From Eledone cirrhosa (taxonomy: Eukaryota): a DNA stretch of 64,000 nt. Of this stretch, positions 1 to 12,950 are shown piece by piece (positions within the stretch are counted from its first letter, which is position 1; every line of letters begins with the position of its first letter). The notes under the pieces were generated by a model that was not told the DNA's origin, did no database searches, and saw only the letters and a list, made by a program, of their open reading frames with translations. Made by a program: the position numbers and the translations under genes. The stretch is taken from the NCBI GenBank assembly GCA_964016885.1, contig OZ024743.1:214458001-214522000 (forward strand). The letters are read 5' to 3'.

Positions 1-831
1 AAATACATACTAACACTTAATAAGTATAAATATACTCTTGATAATATAAAATAAAAATAAAAACTCCCTGACGGGGCGCATAAACTATACAAAAAATAAA
101 CTATACAAAAAATAAGCTATACAAGAAATAATATAATATAATATAATAATATAATAAAATAATATTCAGACATCAAAAATATACAAAACCACGTCACACA
201 TATCACTTAATGTCAACATGTTGTATATAAAGTTTTACAAGGGCAAGAAAAAATATCTTAATAAAACTGGAGTATGTTGAAAAATATATATATATACATA
301 AATACATAAGTACATAAGGTATTGATAATAAGTTCATAGGGGTATATGCAGTTTACATTTATAAGTTATCACAAAATATTATAAAATATAACAAAACAGT
401 ACCTTATTTTTTGTAAAGTTTATTTTTTGTATATTTTATGCGCACCGTCAGGGAGTTTTTATTTTTATTTGATATTATAAAGAGTATATTTATACTTATT
501 AAGTGTTAGTATGTATTTCTGTAAATGTATATATATATATGGATATATATATATATATACATATATTAAGCTTTATTACCCATTATATTGTATTGTAATT
601 CTAATATTATATTACCATGTTGTATTTAATTTATTTGTATCATACTGTAATTTCAACGTGGGTTTGACATTTTACTCACTTCCTTGGCATATAATCTATT
701 TTTGCAACTGCAAACTTTTAGCTTTAGCATGCTTTTCCTTCATATCTCTCATAAGCTCTCATAGATATAAATTCCCTATTCTTCTGAGTTTTGGATTGTT
801 CTGGCCGTTAATGCTTCTTATCTGTTTAATT

Positions 832-872
832 GCCCTGATGAGTCCTTATTAATGGGACGAAACATTGTAGGC
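832..872 (+). ncRNA. Minimal type I hammerhead ribozyme in the 5' pLTR of PLE-1
   Basis: gcc-CTGATGA-gtcct(tattaat)gggac-GAAA-cattG-TA-ggc. Stem I is gcc/ggc, the cleavage triplet GUA is at 867-869, and AATAAA follows at 874-879. Confidence 0.85.
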
Positions 873-1092
873 TAATAAAGATGTTTGATGTATTGAAGGC
901 TTCTTTGTCTATTTTTATAATTTTTCGGCTCTGTTGTATTACATTGAGCTATATCCTATACTGTCATTTCTATGATATGACGAGTGTGTTTTACTCCAAC
1001 GCACTCTAGTATTTTAATTCTTACTACGGCTCCCGATTGGTTGAGCTTTTTCCTATATACTGGTGTTTTGACCTTTATATATATCTGACAGT

Positions 1093-3670
1093 ATGCTAAC
1101 AAAGAGCTACTTGCCTTTATCTCTGAAGAATATTCCCATCCCCTCTAGAAATGCTTATGAAAAACTCTTGATTGCTAGCGTTAACTCTTTCGTAAAAAGG
1201 ATTAAATGGCGTGCTTTCCACTTTGATATTAACAGGAATAGGTTAACCCCCGGGATAAAACTCCATTCAATAACTTTGGCTTCAAGACTTATAAAAGTCC
1301 ACCGCATAATGTTCTATTAGATAATTTTGAGAACGATTTACTTTCCCTTGTCAAAAATATAAAATATAAGCCGCACAATAAATATGGGAACTATAATAAA
1401 TTTGACAGGTTCCAGTCTAAATTTAGGAATATTGTTAAGGATTTTAAAGGGAATAAGTCTATTCTAGTCCCGGCTGACAAAACTAAGAATCTTTACTCTA
1501 TGGATTATATTACTTACCGTAGTTTTATTTATAAGGAACTGCATAAAAATTACAAAAAGACAATGCAGGATAATTTGGATCAAATCAATAATGAGGGCCT
1601 CAAGATAGTTTCGGATTTGGGTATTGATACGTATAACCAACCATATTACCCTAGGGAACCGAGATTCACACTTAAGGATCATAAGGTAGACTTTATAAGT
1701 AATCCTTCTGTTAGACTTATCAGTCCTTCTAAGTCTGATATAGCTATTATTAGTAAGAAAATCCTTGACCTGATTATACCTACCGTTAGGGAAAAGGTTC
1801 ATTTTAATCTATGGGGAAATACTAGGGATGTGATAGATTGGTTCTCTGGTATCAATAAACTTGAGTCTAGTAGGTTTATCCAGTTTGATATAGACGCCTA
1901 TTACACGTCGATTTCACATATCCTCCTTAATAAGGCCTTAATTATGGCCACAAGAATGTCTAGTCTTACGCCACCCCAGATAGATGTTATACTAGCCGCC
2001 CGTAGGACTATTATCAAATTCGAAGATACTCTTTGGACGCGTAAAAACACACCCAACAACTTTGACGTTACAATGGGTTCGAGTGATTCGGCCCAGGTAA
2101 CTGACCTTGTTGGGCTGTTCCTCTTGAACGAACTGTATGTTAGCTTTCCGCACCTTAAAGGGGGACTTTATCGTGACGATGCATTATTTGTGATAAACTC
2201 TAGCACTAATAACATTGAGCATAATAGGAAGAAACTATATACATTTTTTTTAAATGTTAACCTTTCGATCAGGATTGATAAGGATAATAGAGCAGTCAAC
2301 TTTTTAAATGTGACATTAGATTTGGTCACTAATAGTTATAAACCCTCCACAAGCCTAATGAGATACTCTCTTACGTTAATCCCAATTCCAACCACCCTAA
2401 ATCTATGATTAGTTCTATAATTAATGGTGTATCTAATAGAATCTCCACACTATCTAAGGATATAGGAATCTTTAATTCACATGCATAGTATTATAATAAC
2501 GCCCTAGTTAACTGAGGTTACTCTGCTAAAATACATTATAAGGCGGACAAACTTGAAATGACTCCGATTACCCATAATAACGTAATATCCCATAATATGG
2601 CCTTGAATGGGAGTAGAAAAATTAGGAATCATAGAAATATTATAGATATATCTAAACCGAACCCTAAGTTTAGCTACCGAAATAGTAGTCGGATTAGTGA
2701 GTCTAATGGTACGCATATCGAGATCAGTTCTAGAGAGCAAGATAGGCGCTCTGAACGTTTACCCAGTGGTAATGTTTTAACTGCTTCTAATAGTGTTAAT
2801 TCAACTGATCCTCATATTAACCCTGATCCTATTAATAGGATACCAGATTACGGTAGAGATAGTAAAGGTAGGAATAGGAGGAGATTCAATACTTACTTTA
2901 ACCCGCCTTTTGATCATGAAGTATTAACTAATATCCCTAGGTCTTTCTTTTCTATCTTAGAGAAAATGTTCCCTCCTACTAATAAATATCATGGTATATT
3001 TAATAAAAACGTAATTAAACTCTCCTTCTCTACCACCCCTAACATTAATTCTCATTTAGCTAGCACTAACAATAGGAAAATTAGTGATAGCTACTCCTCT
3101 TTGCGTACTGCTAATCTAGATAGCTCTATTGATAATTTACCGCCCGAGCAGATCTTATCTTATAATAACCCTAGGAATAATGCATCGCGTAATCAGGTAG
3201 TCACTAGTACCCGGAAGTGTAACTGTAGAGTAAGTAATAACTTCCCTTTAAATGGTCACTGCCTCTCTAGGAACATTGTTTATGCTTGTGAAGTTAAGAC
3301 TAATTCTTCTTGTAGCACATATATAGACTCCACATCTAATACTTTTAAAACTAGGTTTAATTCACATGTTTCCAATTTTAAGCATATCAAGTTTAAGAAC
3401 TCTACTTCTTTCGCACACCATATCTGGGATTTAAAAGGGGCTGGTATACCATATAGCCTAAATTGGCGAATAGTAGCACACTCTAATCACCTATCAACAC
3501 ACAATAAATTCTGTAATCTTTGTATCCTAGAGACCCATTCTATAATTTTCTCTAGGAGCATATTGCTTAATAGAAAATCTGAGATATTTTCTTCCTGTCC
3601 GCATGCCATTTCTAATTCTTTCTTCTGTTATAGACCTAAAAGTTCCGGTAGTTTAAACCGTATCCATTAG
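1093..3670 (+). pseudogene. Frameshifted PLE polyprotein (RT-linker-GIY-YIG), possibly Hydra-clade type
   Basis: ORFs 1093-1320 (SLKNIPIP..KRIKWRAFHFD), 1500-2408 (FIQFDIDAYYTSI, FDVTMGSSDSAQVTDLVG, LYRDD at about 2166-2180) and 2558-3670 (CNC..C, IVYAC..TYIDST..FKTR..H, CNLC, CPH). Stops and frameshifts separate them. Confidence 0.88.
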
Positions 3671-5352
3671 CTGCTATATTTCCCTATCTTTTTAGTTCAT
3701 TTTTATTGCCATTATTATTAGGTTTCCCACGGTTGTTTCGATTTTCGAATTTTAGTTTTCATAGTCGTATTAGCTACCTTACCATATCTATCATCTTAAA
3801 GATTATTACATTTTTACTCAATACTATCGCCTAGTAAGATTGTATCTTGTTGAATAGTTTAATTTTGAGTCTCCTACATCTAAAACTAATAAACCTCCTC
3901 CTTTACACACTTCATATTCGCCCCTTTTTATTATATTATATATTAATTCTACTTTTGTACTCCTTTTTATTTTATTATATTATATATTAACTTTTACTTT
4001 TATGATCCTTCCTATCCTCCATAGTTTCACTTCTTTCTGTTCCCATTGGTCTACCATAGTTTTATTTAGAGTTTTTTTCTTTGATAACGTAATTCATATG
4101 ATCGGATCGTAATATATATTATATTATAGTTTTTATCCTAGTTTATCACGACTTTGATGAATTAAACTTTATTCCATTTAGACTTACTAATATTATCCTT
4201 TAGGCAATTTTAATATTAATTAATTCAATAAGGTTTTTTCTATTCAACTCTTTAGTTTAGAATAATAATACCCTCTATGTTTACATAATGAATCGTTATA
4301 CCTACGTACTGTGCTTGTTTTTGTTTTTTGTTTTTTGTTTTTGTTCTTCGTTTTGTTTTATTTTATTTATGTTTTTACTACCACGTGATGTCTGTCTTCC
4401 TATTATCATCATCATTACTTCTTCACTGCCACTTGCTGTTTTGTCTTCCTATAATATGCTTTGTATAATAATTTGCCTCCCTATATTAATATATATTATT
4501 CGCGTAAATATCACTTAAGCATTTTCAATTGACTCTGCCAGTCTGCTTTTATATTTTTATATTGTTATATCATTTATCATTATAATATTAATATTTATAT
4601 ATCATATTATTTCTATGTAATGGAATTATACGTATTATTTTATGTCTGATTTTTAAGGTACTGTTTTGTAATATTTTATAAATATAAACTGCTTATACCC
4701 CTATAAACTTATTATCAATACCTTATGTACTTATGTATTTATGTATATATATATATTTTTCAACATACTCCAGTTTTATTAAGATATTGTTTCTTGCCCT
4801 TGTAAAACTTTATATACAACATGTTGACATTAAGTGATATGTGTGACGTGGTTTTGTATATTTTTGATGTCTGAATATTATTTTATTATATTATTATATT
4901 ATATTATATTATTTCTTGTATAGCTTATTTTTTGTATACTTTATTTTTTGTATAGTTTATGCGCACCGTCAGGGAGTTTTTATTTTTATTTGATATTATA
5001 AAGAGTATATTTATACTTATTAAGTGTTAGTATGTATTTGTGTAAATGTATATATATATATATGGATATATATATATATACATATATTAAGCTTTATTAC
5101 CCATTATATTGTATTGTAATTCTCATATTATAATACCATGTTGTATTTAATGTATTTGTATCATACTGTAATTTCAACGTGGGTTTGACATTTTACTCAC
5201 TTCCTTGGCATATAATATATTTTTGCAACAGCAAACTTTTAGCTTTAGCATGCTTTACCTTCATATCTCTCATAAGCTCTCATAGATATGAATTCCCTAT
5301 TCTTCTGAGTTTTGGCTTGTTCTGGCCGTTAATGCTTCTTATCTGTTTAATT

Positions 5353-5393
5353 GCCCCGATGAGTCCTTATTAATGGGACGAAACATTGTAGGC
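5353..5393 (+). ncRNA. Hammerhead ribozyme in the 3' pLTR of PLE-1 with a core substitution (CCGATGA)
   Basis: Identical to 832-872 except T>C at 5357 (core position U4). Confidence 0.75.
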
Positions 5394-5540
5394 TAATAAA
5401 GATTTTTGATGTATTGAAGGCTTCTTTGTCTATTTTTATAATTTTTCGGCTCTGTTGTATTACATTGAGCTATATCCTATACTGTCATTTCTATAATATG
5501 ACTAGTGTGTTTTACTCCAAGGCACTCTAGTATTTTAATT

Positions 5541-5581
<41 letters not shown>

Positions 5582-5617
5582 ATAGGCTTTATTTACCTGC
5601 ATATCCCTTATCATTTG

Positions 5618-5683
<66 letters not shown>

Positions 5684-5723
5684 TATATATGTATATATAT
5701 ATATATATATAATATACATACAT

Positions 5724-5782
<59 letters not shown>

Positions 5783-6221
5783 TATTTATGTTTACTTTTG
5801 TATTTTTGGAATGCTTTATTCCCTTCGTACATACTTCAAAGATTTTAACAGCAGACACCAGGCAGACTGGCAGCCATGCAAGAATGAATACGTCAACTTG
5901 ACTAACAAATAGCAGTTATAGCTGCTGGGTTCAAGGCCACCCAACAGATATTTGACCAAATACAACTTAACATGTTGAATGCGACGATGACACATTCCTG
6001 TAACAGAGTGTGTGGCAGCATAAAATAATGAATCGGGATAAATATCTAACCACTCTTATATGCGAGTCTACATGTTAACACATATCTAAGGAGCTTCTGA
6101 TTCCAGTGCATGGATCAATCATTAATCTATTTTTCCTCGAGCTGATCGATAGTGAACCATATGTAATATGTAATTAAATTATTGTATATTACTATTATTG
6201 TTATATATTATTATTATATAC

Positions 6222-6410
6222 AGTGGATTGGCAGTATCGGTAGAGGGTCTGGCGCCATGCTTTGCAGCAAAGTGTTACGGCCCTTTATGGTCTGAGTTCA
6301 AATCCCGCTCATGTTACCTTTGCCTTTCATCCTTACGGGGTCGATAATATAAAGTACCAGTAACTCACTGGTTGATTGCAGGCGTTCTGCAAAGAGTAGA
6401 AACAATTATA
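6222..6410 (+). mobile_element. tRNA-derived SINE, family A (diverged copy)
   Basis: gtggattggcagtatcggtagaggg (A box), gagttcaaatcc (B box), gcctttcatccttacggggtcgata..aagtaccag..gtagaaacaattat. Matches five other copies in the window. Confidence 0.8.
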
Positions 6411-6623
6411 ATTATTATATATATATATTTATTTTATTAAGGCTAGATTTCGAAACCTGTTACACTGGAGTGAAGCCTGTTTATCACAGGATCATCAGGC
6501 AGATACACTCTTGGTTGATGACCAGTGATAAACCAGCGAAATTCCAGTGTAACAAAACTCACTATTTAGTCTTAATGAAATGAATATTAAAATAATTCTA
6601 CTTTGGTATTGAGTACTCTTATT

Positions 6624-6672
<49 letters not shown>

Positions 6673-7057
6673 AAGAAAGGGGGAGAGAGGTAGGAAACTG
6701 GAAGGTAATATACTTAGGGGAAGAGCACTCAGTCCATGGGACGAGTTTGGTAGAAGTAAGTCTTCTCACGTTGTCCACATGTCTGGAAACAGCGCTTTCC
6801 AAACTACAAAGCTCCGTATTGAATAACAACGATATTCTAATTTTCTATTCAAATCGAACATCTTTTCCAGACATTCGCAGTTATCTCCCTTACACCTTTC
6901 GCCCGCGGCTTTGTATCGCTTGGGTGACAGTTTCTGCGCATGCGCGTTCATACGGTTGTTCTTCCTGTTCCGTGTACCCATGACCAGTCCGAGCTGAAAA
7001 TATGCTAAGATGAAACAATTTATCTCGTTATATGGTGAACCAACTGTTGTGTTACTA

Positions 7058-7114
<57 letters not shown>

Positions 7115-7216
7115 AGAGAGATAGAGAGTGAGAATAAGAAAGAGAGAGAGATACAGCCCGAAACACACACACATACATACATATATGTATATATGTTATA
7201 TATATATATATAAATG

Positions 7217-7303
<87 letters not shown>

Positions 7304-7937
7304 TGATAGTTGCCATATTTCTGCATGAAATATCAGCGAACGGTAATAAGTGTGTTGTTTTATGTCACAATTTGCTTGCTGTTCTCTGACTCACGATATT
7401 CCGATTGATTGTTTGTTCGCTTTTATTTTAAGTTTTATGGATATCTAGAGAATTGCTGAAACAAAGAAATAATAAAAGAAATATACTGATATAAATGTAT
7501 AATCATATTAAATATCTCTTACTGTGTAAGGAAATAAAAACACGTCTAAATGGATTATATAATCAGGGGAAGCAAACAATTGCGGAAATAAATAAAGTCG
7601 AATAATACAAAGGCAGTTATAATATCTATGGGAAGGGTAGTGTGTACTTTGTCATATTTCATACAAAATGCATATAAAATTACACTTAGTATGAAATTTC
7701 TTTTTCCATACCTCGTAAATTTTCGGTTTGAAATGTCATTTATTTCATTTATTCCATACTGTCCTGATTTTAATCATAAAAAAACATGATCTCATTTCGG
7801 ATACTATTTCATCGCACATCGAATCTGGTGACGTGTTATCTATATATCTTCCATATTTTCAATGATATGCATACAATTTGTATTCTCATATACACACTCA
7901 ATATGGACATCGAAAATCACACGTGCATACACATTTA

Positions 7938-7985
<48 letters not shown>

Positions 7986-7997
7986 AATCAATATATC

Positions 7998-8054
<57 letters not shown>

Positions 8055-8117
8055 CATATATATATATATTTATATATATATATATGGCTTTATGCTACAA
8101 TATTTTCTATACCTTTC

Positions 8118-8188
<71 letters not shown>

Positions 8189-8379
8189 AATAATGGAGCT
8201 GCGGCGTTGCAAATGGGTTACATATGAAAAAGTGAGTCCTTCATCAGTGACCCTCCAACCGTCCTAGGCATTTCATCGCTTATATAAATATATATATATA
8301 TATATATATAAATATATAAATATATATATATATAAATATATAAATATATATATATATATATAAATATATATATATATAA

Positions 8380-8455
<76 letters not shown>

Positions 8456-8559
8456 ATAGTGGTAGCTATGGTGCTTCTGTAGTCGGTATGCCAAAATTAG
8501 CACTCGATATTCATCAGGAAAAAGAAAAATCAGTGATGCATCTGGACTTAGTTTATTTT

Positions 8560-8648
8560 GTGTTACAAATGTTTCGCCGGCATGTAGCTCGAGTCAGGGT
8601 CCTTGTATGGATCTGGGTGATTCTACTTTTGCGGGTTCTTTCAGACAC
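8560..8648 (-). ncRNA. Degenerate solo type I hammerhead motif
   Basis: Minus strand: gtgt-CTGAAAGA-acccgca...tgccggc-GAAA-catttG-TA-acac, followed by AATAAA. The core has one extra A. Confidence 0.5.
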
Positions 8649-8899
8649 GGGTGTTATGTATATGTACGTATATATATGTACGTATATATATATATTATAT
8701 ATATGTACATATAAATTATATATATCTACATATGTATATGTACATATATATGTACATATATACGCACATATATATATGTGCATATATATATATACATATA
8801 TATATATGTACATATATATATGTACGTATATATTATATATATATGTCACAGACATATATATCATATATATATATATATATATATTATATTATATTATAT

Positions 8900-8966
<67 letters not shown>

Positions 8967-9140
8967 ATACTCATATGTATATATATATATATATATATAT
9001 TATATTATATTATATTATCTGGCCTTGTACCTAAAATAGAAACAATTATATTATATATCATACACATATATATATCATATATATACATATATATATCATA
9101 TATATATATATATATTAACTCACATATAATGATTCACAAT

Positions 9141-9825
9141 GAGATGTGTGTAAACTCACATGTAATCATTCTTTACACACATCTCACTGCGTAACACACT
9201 TCTCTGTGTGTAATATATTTGTATTTGAGTTCAGATGAAAATTCTCTGTTCTTCTTTGAACTAATATTATTATTACTGTGAACTGCGGAATACTCTAATT
9301 CCGATCCTTGTATATTTAACGAGCTCCAAATTGTGAGCTAATAAATTCGAATGGTTGGGCTGCACTCTCTAGCATTTCCCCCAATTTTTGAGAGCTGTTA
9401 TTTGATGCAAATAACACGTGATTTCGCCCTACTCTGGGCAGCGTGTATATTAGCTTTCTCTCTATCCATTAGGCTAGATGTGTCGTGAACAACACATATA
9501 CTTTCTGACTGAGGAACCTGTGGGCTGTAACACTACACATTTCTGTGGCGAAACGAACTAGATTCGTATCAGCAAGCTTATAGTTATGAGGTTGGTAATT
9601 TAAAACTATACTTCAGAGATTTGATTCTGACTTAGTTTTTTCTATTTAATTGGTCACCTGTTACACTCACATTTAATAATGCTTTACACACATCTCACAG
9701 TGTAACACACTTCTCTCTGTGTAATATATGTGTATTTGAGCTCAGATGAAAATACTCTGTTCTTCTTTGAGCTAATATTATTATTACTGTGATCTGCGGA
9801 ATACTCTTAATTCTGATCCATGGAT
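9141..9825 (+). mobile_element. ORF-less partially tandem HHR element (about 511-bp unit, about 1.3 copies), retrozyme-like or non-autonomous PLE
   Basis: Direct repeat of about 160 bp (9154-9311 and 9665-9823) flanks an HHR. A short inverted tag lies at the 5' end (9141-9154 is the reverse complement of 9172-9185). Flanked by (TA)n. Confidence 0.7.
9505..9572 (+). ncRNA. Type I hammerhead ribozyme
   Basis: ctga-CTGAGGA-acctgtgg...ctgtggc-GAAA-cgaa(ctaga)ttcG-TA-tcag. Stem I is ctga/tcag, stem III has 5 bp, and stem II is weak. Confidence 0.75.
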
Positions 9826-9828
9826 ATA

Positions 9829-9892
<64 letters not shown>

Positions 9893-10016
9893 GGAGGTGA
9901 GTTTTATTGTAGTACAATAAAGCAATGCAGATATCGAATATGTAGCACTCTACAGTTTGTAGGACTGGAGTATAAACAATATATAAGATCAAAAGATGGT
10001 TAAAAGAGTTCCATGT

Positions 10017-10085
10017 ATTTTATTATGCGCATTTCAAAAACAAATATCAACATGCGATGACATTTGCGTTTTCGTCAGATAAAAT
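10017..10085 (-). ncRNA. Minimal type I hammerhead ribozyme (PLE-2 pLTR)
   Basis: Minus strand: attttat-CTGACGA-long stem II-GAAA-tgcgcA-TA-ataaaat. Stem I has 7 bp and stem III is palindromic (ATGCGCAT). Confidence 0.85.
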
Positions 10086-10983
10086 CGGGAGACATGATAT
10101 GAAGGTTAAAAAACACTTGTAAATAGTGCAGTTTTAAATCAACATATGAAAAGTTGTTTTAGATTGATGTGTGATATTGGTAAAACAATTTGAGGGGGGG
10201 GGGGGTTAGAAAAGATGAAAAAGAGGAGGAGATGATAGTAAAGAATGGAGGGGAGGAGTATAATAAGGAAGGATGAGATAGGGGAGAGATGGGTGATAGA
10301 GAGAGAGAGAGCTTTTATAACTGAGAAAAATATATTGTTTTACAGAGAGAGGTTAAAAAACCGTTGGAAGATAATATATAAATTAAAAGAATTTGAAAAT
10401 TTACGAAGAGAAAAATTTAAGAATAATGTTAAATTAAGGTTTGTATATTGAAGGGTTTAATAATATGTGTGATGAAAAGAAATTGTTAATATGTATTAAG
10501 AATAATTTTAGGTTAAGGTTTGAATATTGAAGGGTTTAATAATATGTACGATGGAAAGAAATTGTTGATATGTATTATTAAAAAATACAAAAATAGTAAT
10601 GTAATTAAGGATATATTGTGAAAAGATGTAGAAGAGTGGATGAGTATGTGTCATATGTAGAAGTTGGATTAACATGAAAGGGAGAAAAAAATAATGAATT
10701 AAAGATGAATAATCTAACGTAAAAAAAAAATGTTTATGTTTACGAAGGATTTGTCAAGGTGATACTATAAAGTATTTAAAAGGGTAATAGAACATTTTAT
10801 GGCCAGTGGTAGGATGGAAGAAGCAAGGGTGGATATATTGTGGTGAGTAATAATGAGAATTGAGAAGTATCTTGGAAGAAAAGGTACAGATTAGAGGTTA
10901 GAAATTAAAAGAAAAAAGGAAAAAAAGGAAGAAAGGGAAGTGATAAATAGGAGTGAAATAGAATGAGTAACTAGTATTATATA

Positions 10984-11171
10984 ATTGTTTCTACTTTAGG
11001 CACAAGGCCAGCAATTACCCAGTGCATTACTGCTACTTTATTTTATCGACCCCGTAAGGATGAAAGGCAAAGTCAACCTCGGCGGGATTTGAACTCAGAT
11101 CGTAAAGGGACGATACTATGCTGGAAAGCATGGCGTCCGACCCTCTACCGATACTGCCAATCCACCGCCCT
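10984..11171 (-). mobile_element. SINE family A inserted in PLE-2, with an 18-bp TSD
   Basis: TSD agtaactagtattatata at 10966-10983 and 11172-11189. The empty site is visible in the other arm at about 13369-13390. Confidence 0.9.
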
Positions 11172-11284
11172 AGTAACTAGTATTATATACTGTATAATAA
11201 ATAACATTGAAATAAGGTAGAAAGATGGGTATATATATATGTGCCTTTGAGAAAAAGGATTTTAAATTGGTAAAGTATTATATA

Positions 11285-12950
11285 TTAGCTGTATACGTTA
11301 TGGAATGTTCTGTGGAATTTATTGAAGCAGAGAGAAAACAAGTCAGTGCGTCTATTTATAATAGAATCTAAATTAGATATAATGGTAAATTTCTCACATA
11401 AATTGAGATTACATGTCTTGAATAGAGCGGCATTCAAGTATGGAGAAGCAGAACAAACCTTCCTCCAAGAGATGTTATAGTTAATATTTTTGTCTTTCAA
11501 GGACCATATGAGTTCTGAGAGTGCCGTGTTGGTTCTTTGAAGTTGGTATTTAAAATACGAATGATGATTATAAAGACGAGCTTTAAAGGAGGTGGAAGTG
11601 GAGCCACAATAGGTAAAGGAATTGGTGTCAGTTATAACTTTACATTCATATATTATGTTTTTTTCAAGACAATGGTTGTTGAGAGGACATTTAATTTTAA
11701 CAGGGCAATTACAATTGCGATTAGGGAGATTAACAGAGTTATTAACAAGTGACCTAGTGTTATCTATAGAAGGAATTGGATTGGAGAAGTTATTTACGAT
11801 AGGAATAATAGTTTATTGATTTAGATTGGGATTAAGAACATTTAACTAAGTTGCGTTTGACGTTGTATTTGGGTTTGCAGAAATTAGCCTAGAGTTAACA
11901 ATGACGGCGGGAGTACTATTACTATTATTATGATATTCAGTGTTGGAAGGCAGAGATTTAGTATTTAGTATTTTATTGTTATGTTTAGAAATAATGTTGG
12001 AGATGTTGGAGGAGGTCGAATAGGAACATTTTATAGTGTGTTTGTTAAATATTTTACTATTGATATGTGAGGGAGGGGAGCATTTATTTAAGGCACTAAA
12101 GAATAATTTATTAATATTATTATTAATAGAGATGGAGAAAGGAGCATTATACCAGATTATGTTTTTGTATCTAGGTCTTTTATTAAAGTTATTGGAATGA
12201 TCATGATTAATTATTCTACTGTAAGATCTTCTAGAATTTGTTTCTTTACTATATTTGATTTTATCGGGATAACAGGCTTTAGAAAGCGCGTTATGATAGT
12301 AATTGGCGTTAGCATCAAAGATGTTTTTATTAGATGATAGGTTGGATATTCTTTTTCCAATATTAGTAACTATAGCATTCTTAATATTAGTGGGGTGATT
12401 ATATTTAAAGGTAACACAATCTAGATTCTCATTGTTTTTATGGTAAGGGTAATATAGGCCACTGTCAAGATTAAGAGATACATCCAAGAAATTAGCTAGT
12501 TTGATGTTGTTATCAAATTCAATTTTTAAGTTATGTTAGTTAAAGAGATTACGTATATTCTTAATAATATTAAGGTTAACTATGTTGCAATTTAAGATAG
12601 TAAAAAGTCCATCGTCACGTTAAATTCCACCGCGAAGTTGAGGAATGTCCCGATTCAAAGTGTTCAAAATAAAGATACCAATTAAATCTGTCAATTGGGA
12701 TGTCAAAGTTGTTAGATGTATCAGCTCTGGTCCAATATGCATTGTTGAACTCTAGGATGGTTTTACGTGCGGTGAGAATGATGTGAAGTTCATCTGTGGT
12801 GATGTCTGAATATTTGTAAGCGAAAGATAGAGTATTGTTGAGAAGTGAGGGCGAAATAGAAGAATAGTAGCTGGCAATATCAAATTGGATACATTTTTGT
12901 TTGTTTTTCTTATTCAATTTGTTGAACCAGCCAATCACATCAGAAGTACC
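11285..12950 (-). pseudogene. Degenerate PLE RT + GIY-YIG
   Basis: ORFs 12615-12938 (IQFDIASYYSSI), 11846-12487 (YYPYHK..NHP, NIIWYNAPFS) and 11285-11500 (WRKVCSASPY..CNL..CFNKFH). Confidence 0.85.

Larger units (their letters stand above)
1..5544 (+). mobile_element. Penelope-like retroelement PLE-1 (RT + GIY-YIG) with direct pseudo-LTRs and an inverted 5' arm
   Basis: Direct repeats at about 430-1023 and 4950-5544. Bases 1-406 are the reverse complement of about 4654-5039. The internal ORF remnants carry RT and GIY-YIG motifs, and the 3' end runs into (TA)n. Confidence 0.92.

Noticed and set aside
6430-6590. CTGATGA..CGAAA on the minus strand (about 6448-6498) inside an old imperfect inverted repeat
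   Set aside because: No convincing stem I, stem III or NUH; too degenerate to call.
5477-9200. Many ORFs of [14 protein letters not shown] or ERER type here and throughout the window (for example 21066-21600, 38981-39986, 44800-45083)
   Set aside because: They are translations of (TA)n, (CA)n, (GA)n and (TACA)n microsatellites, which lack stop codons in those frames.
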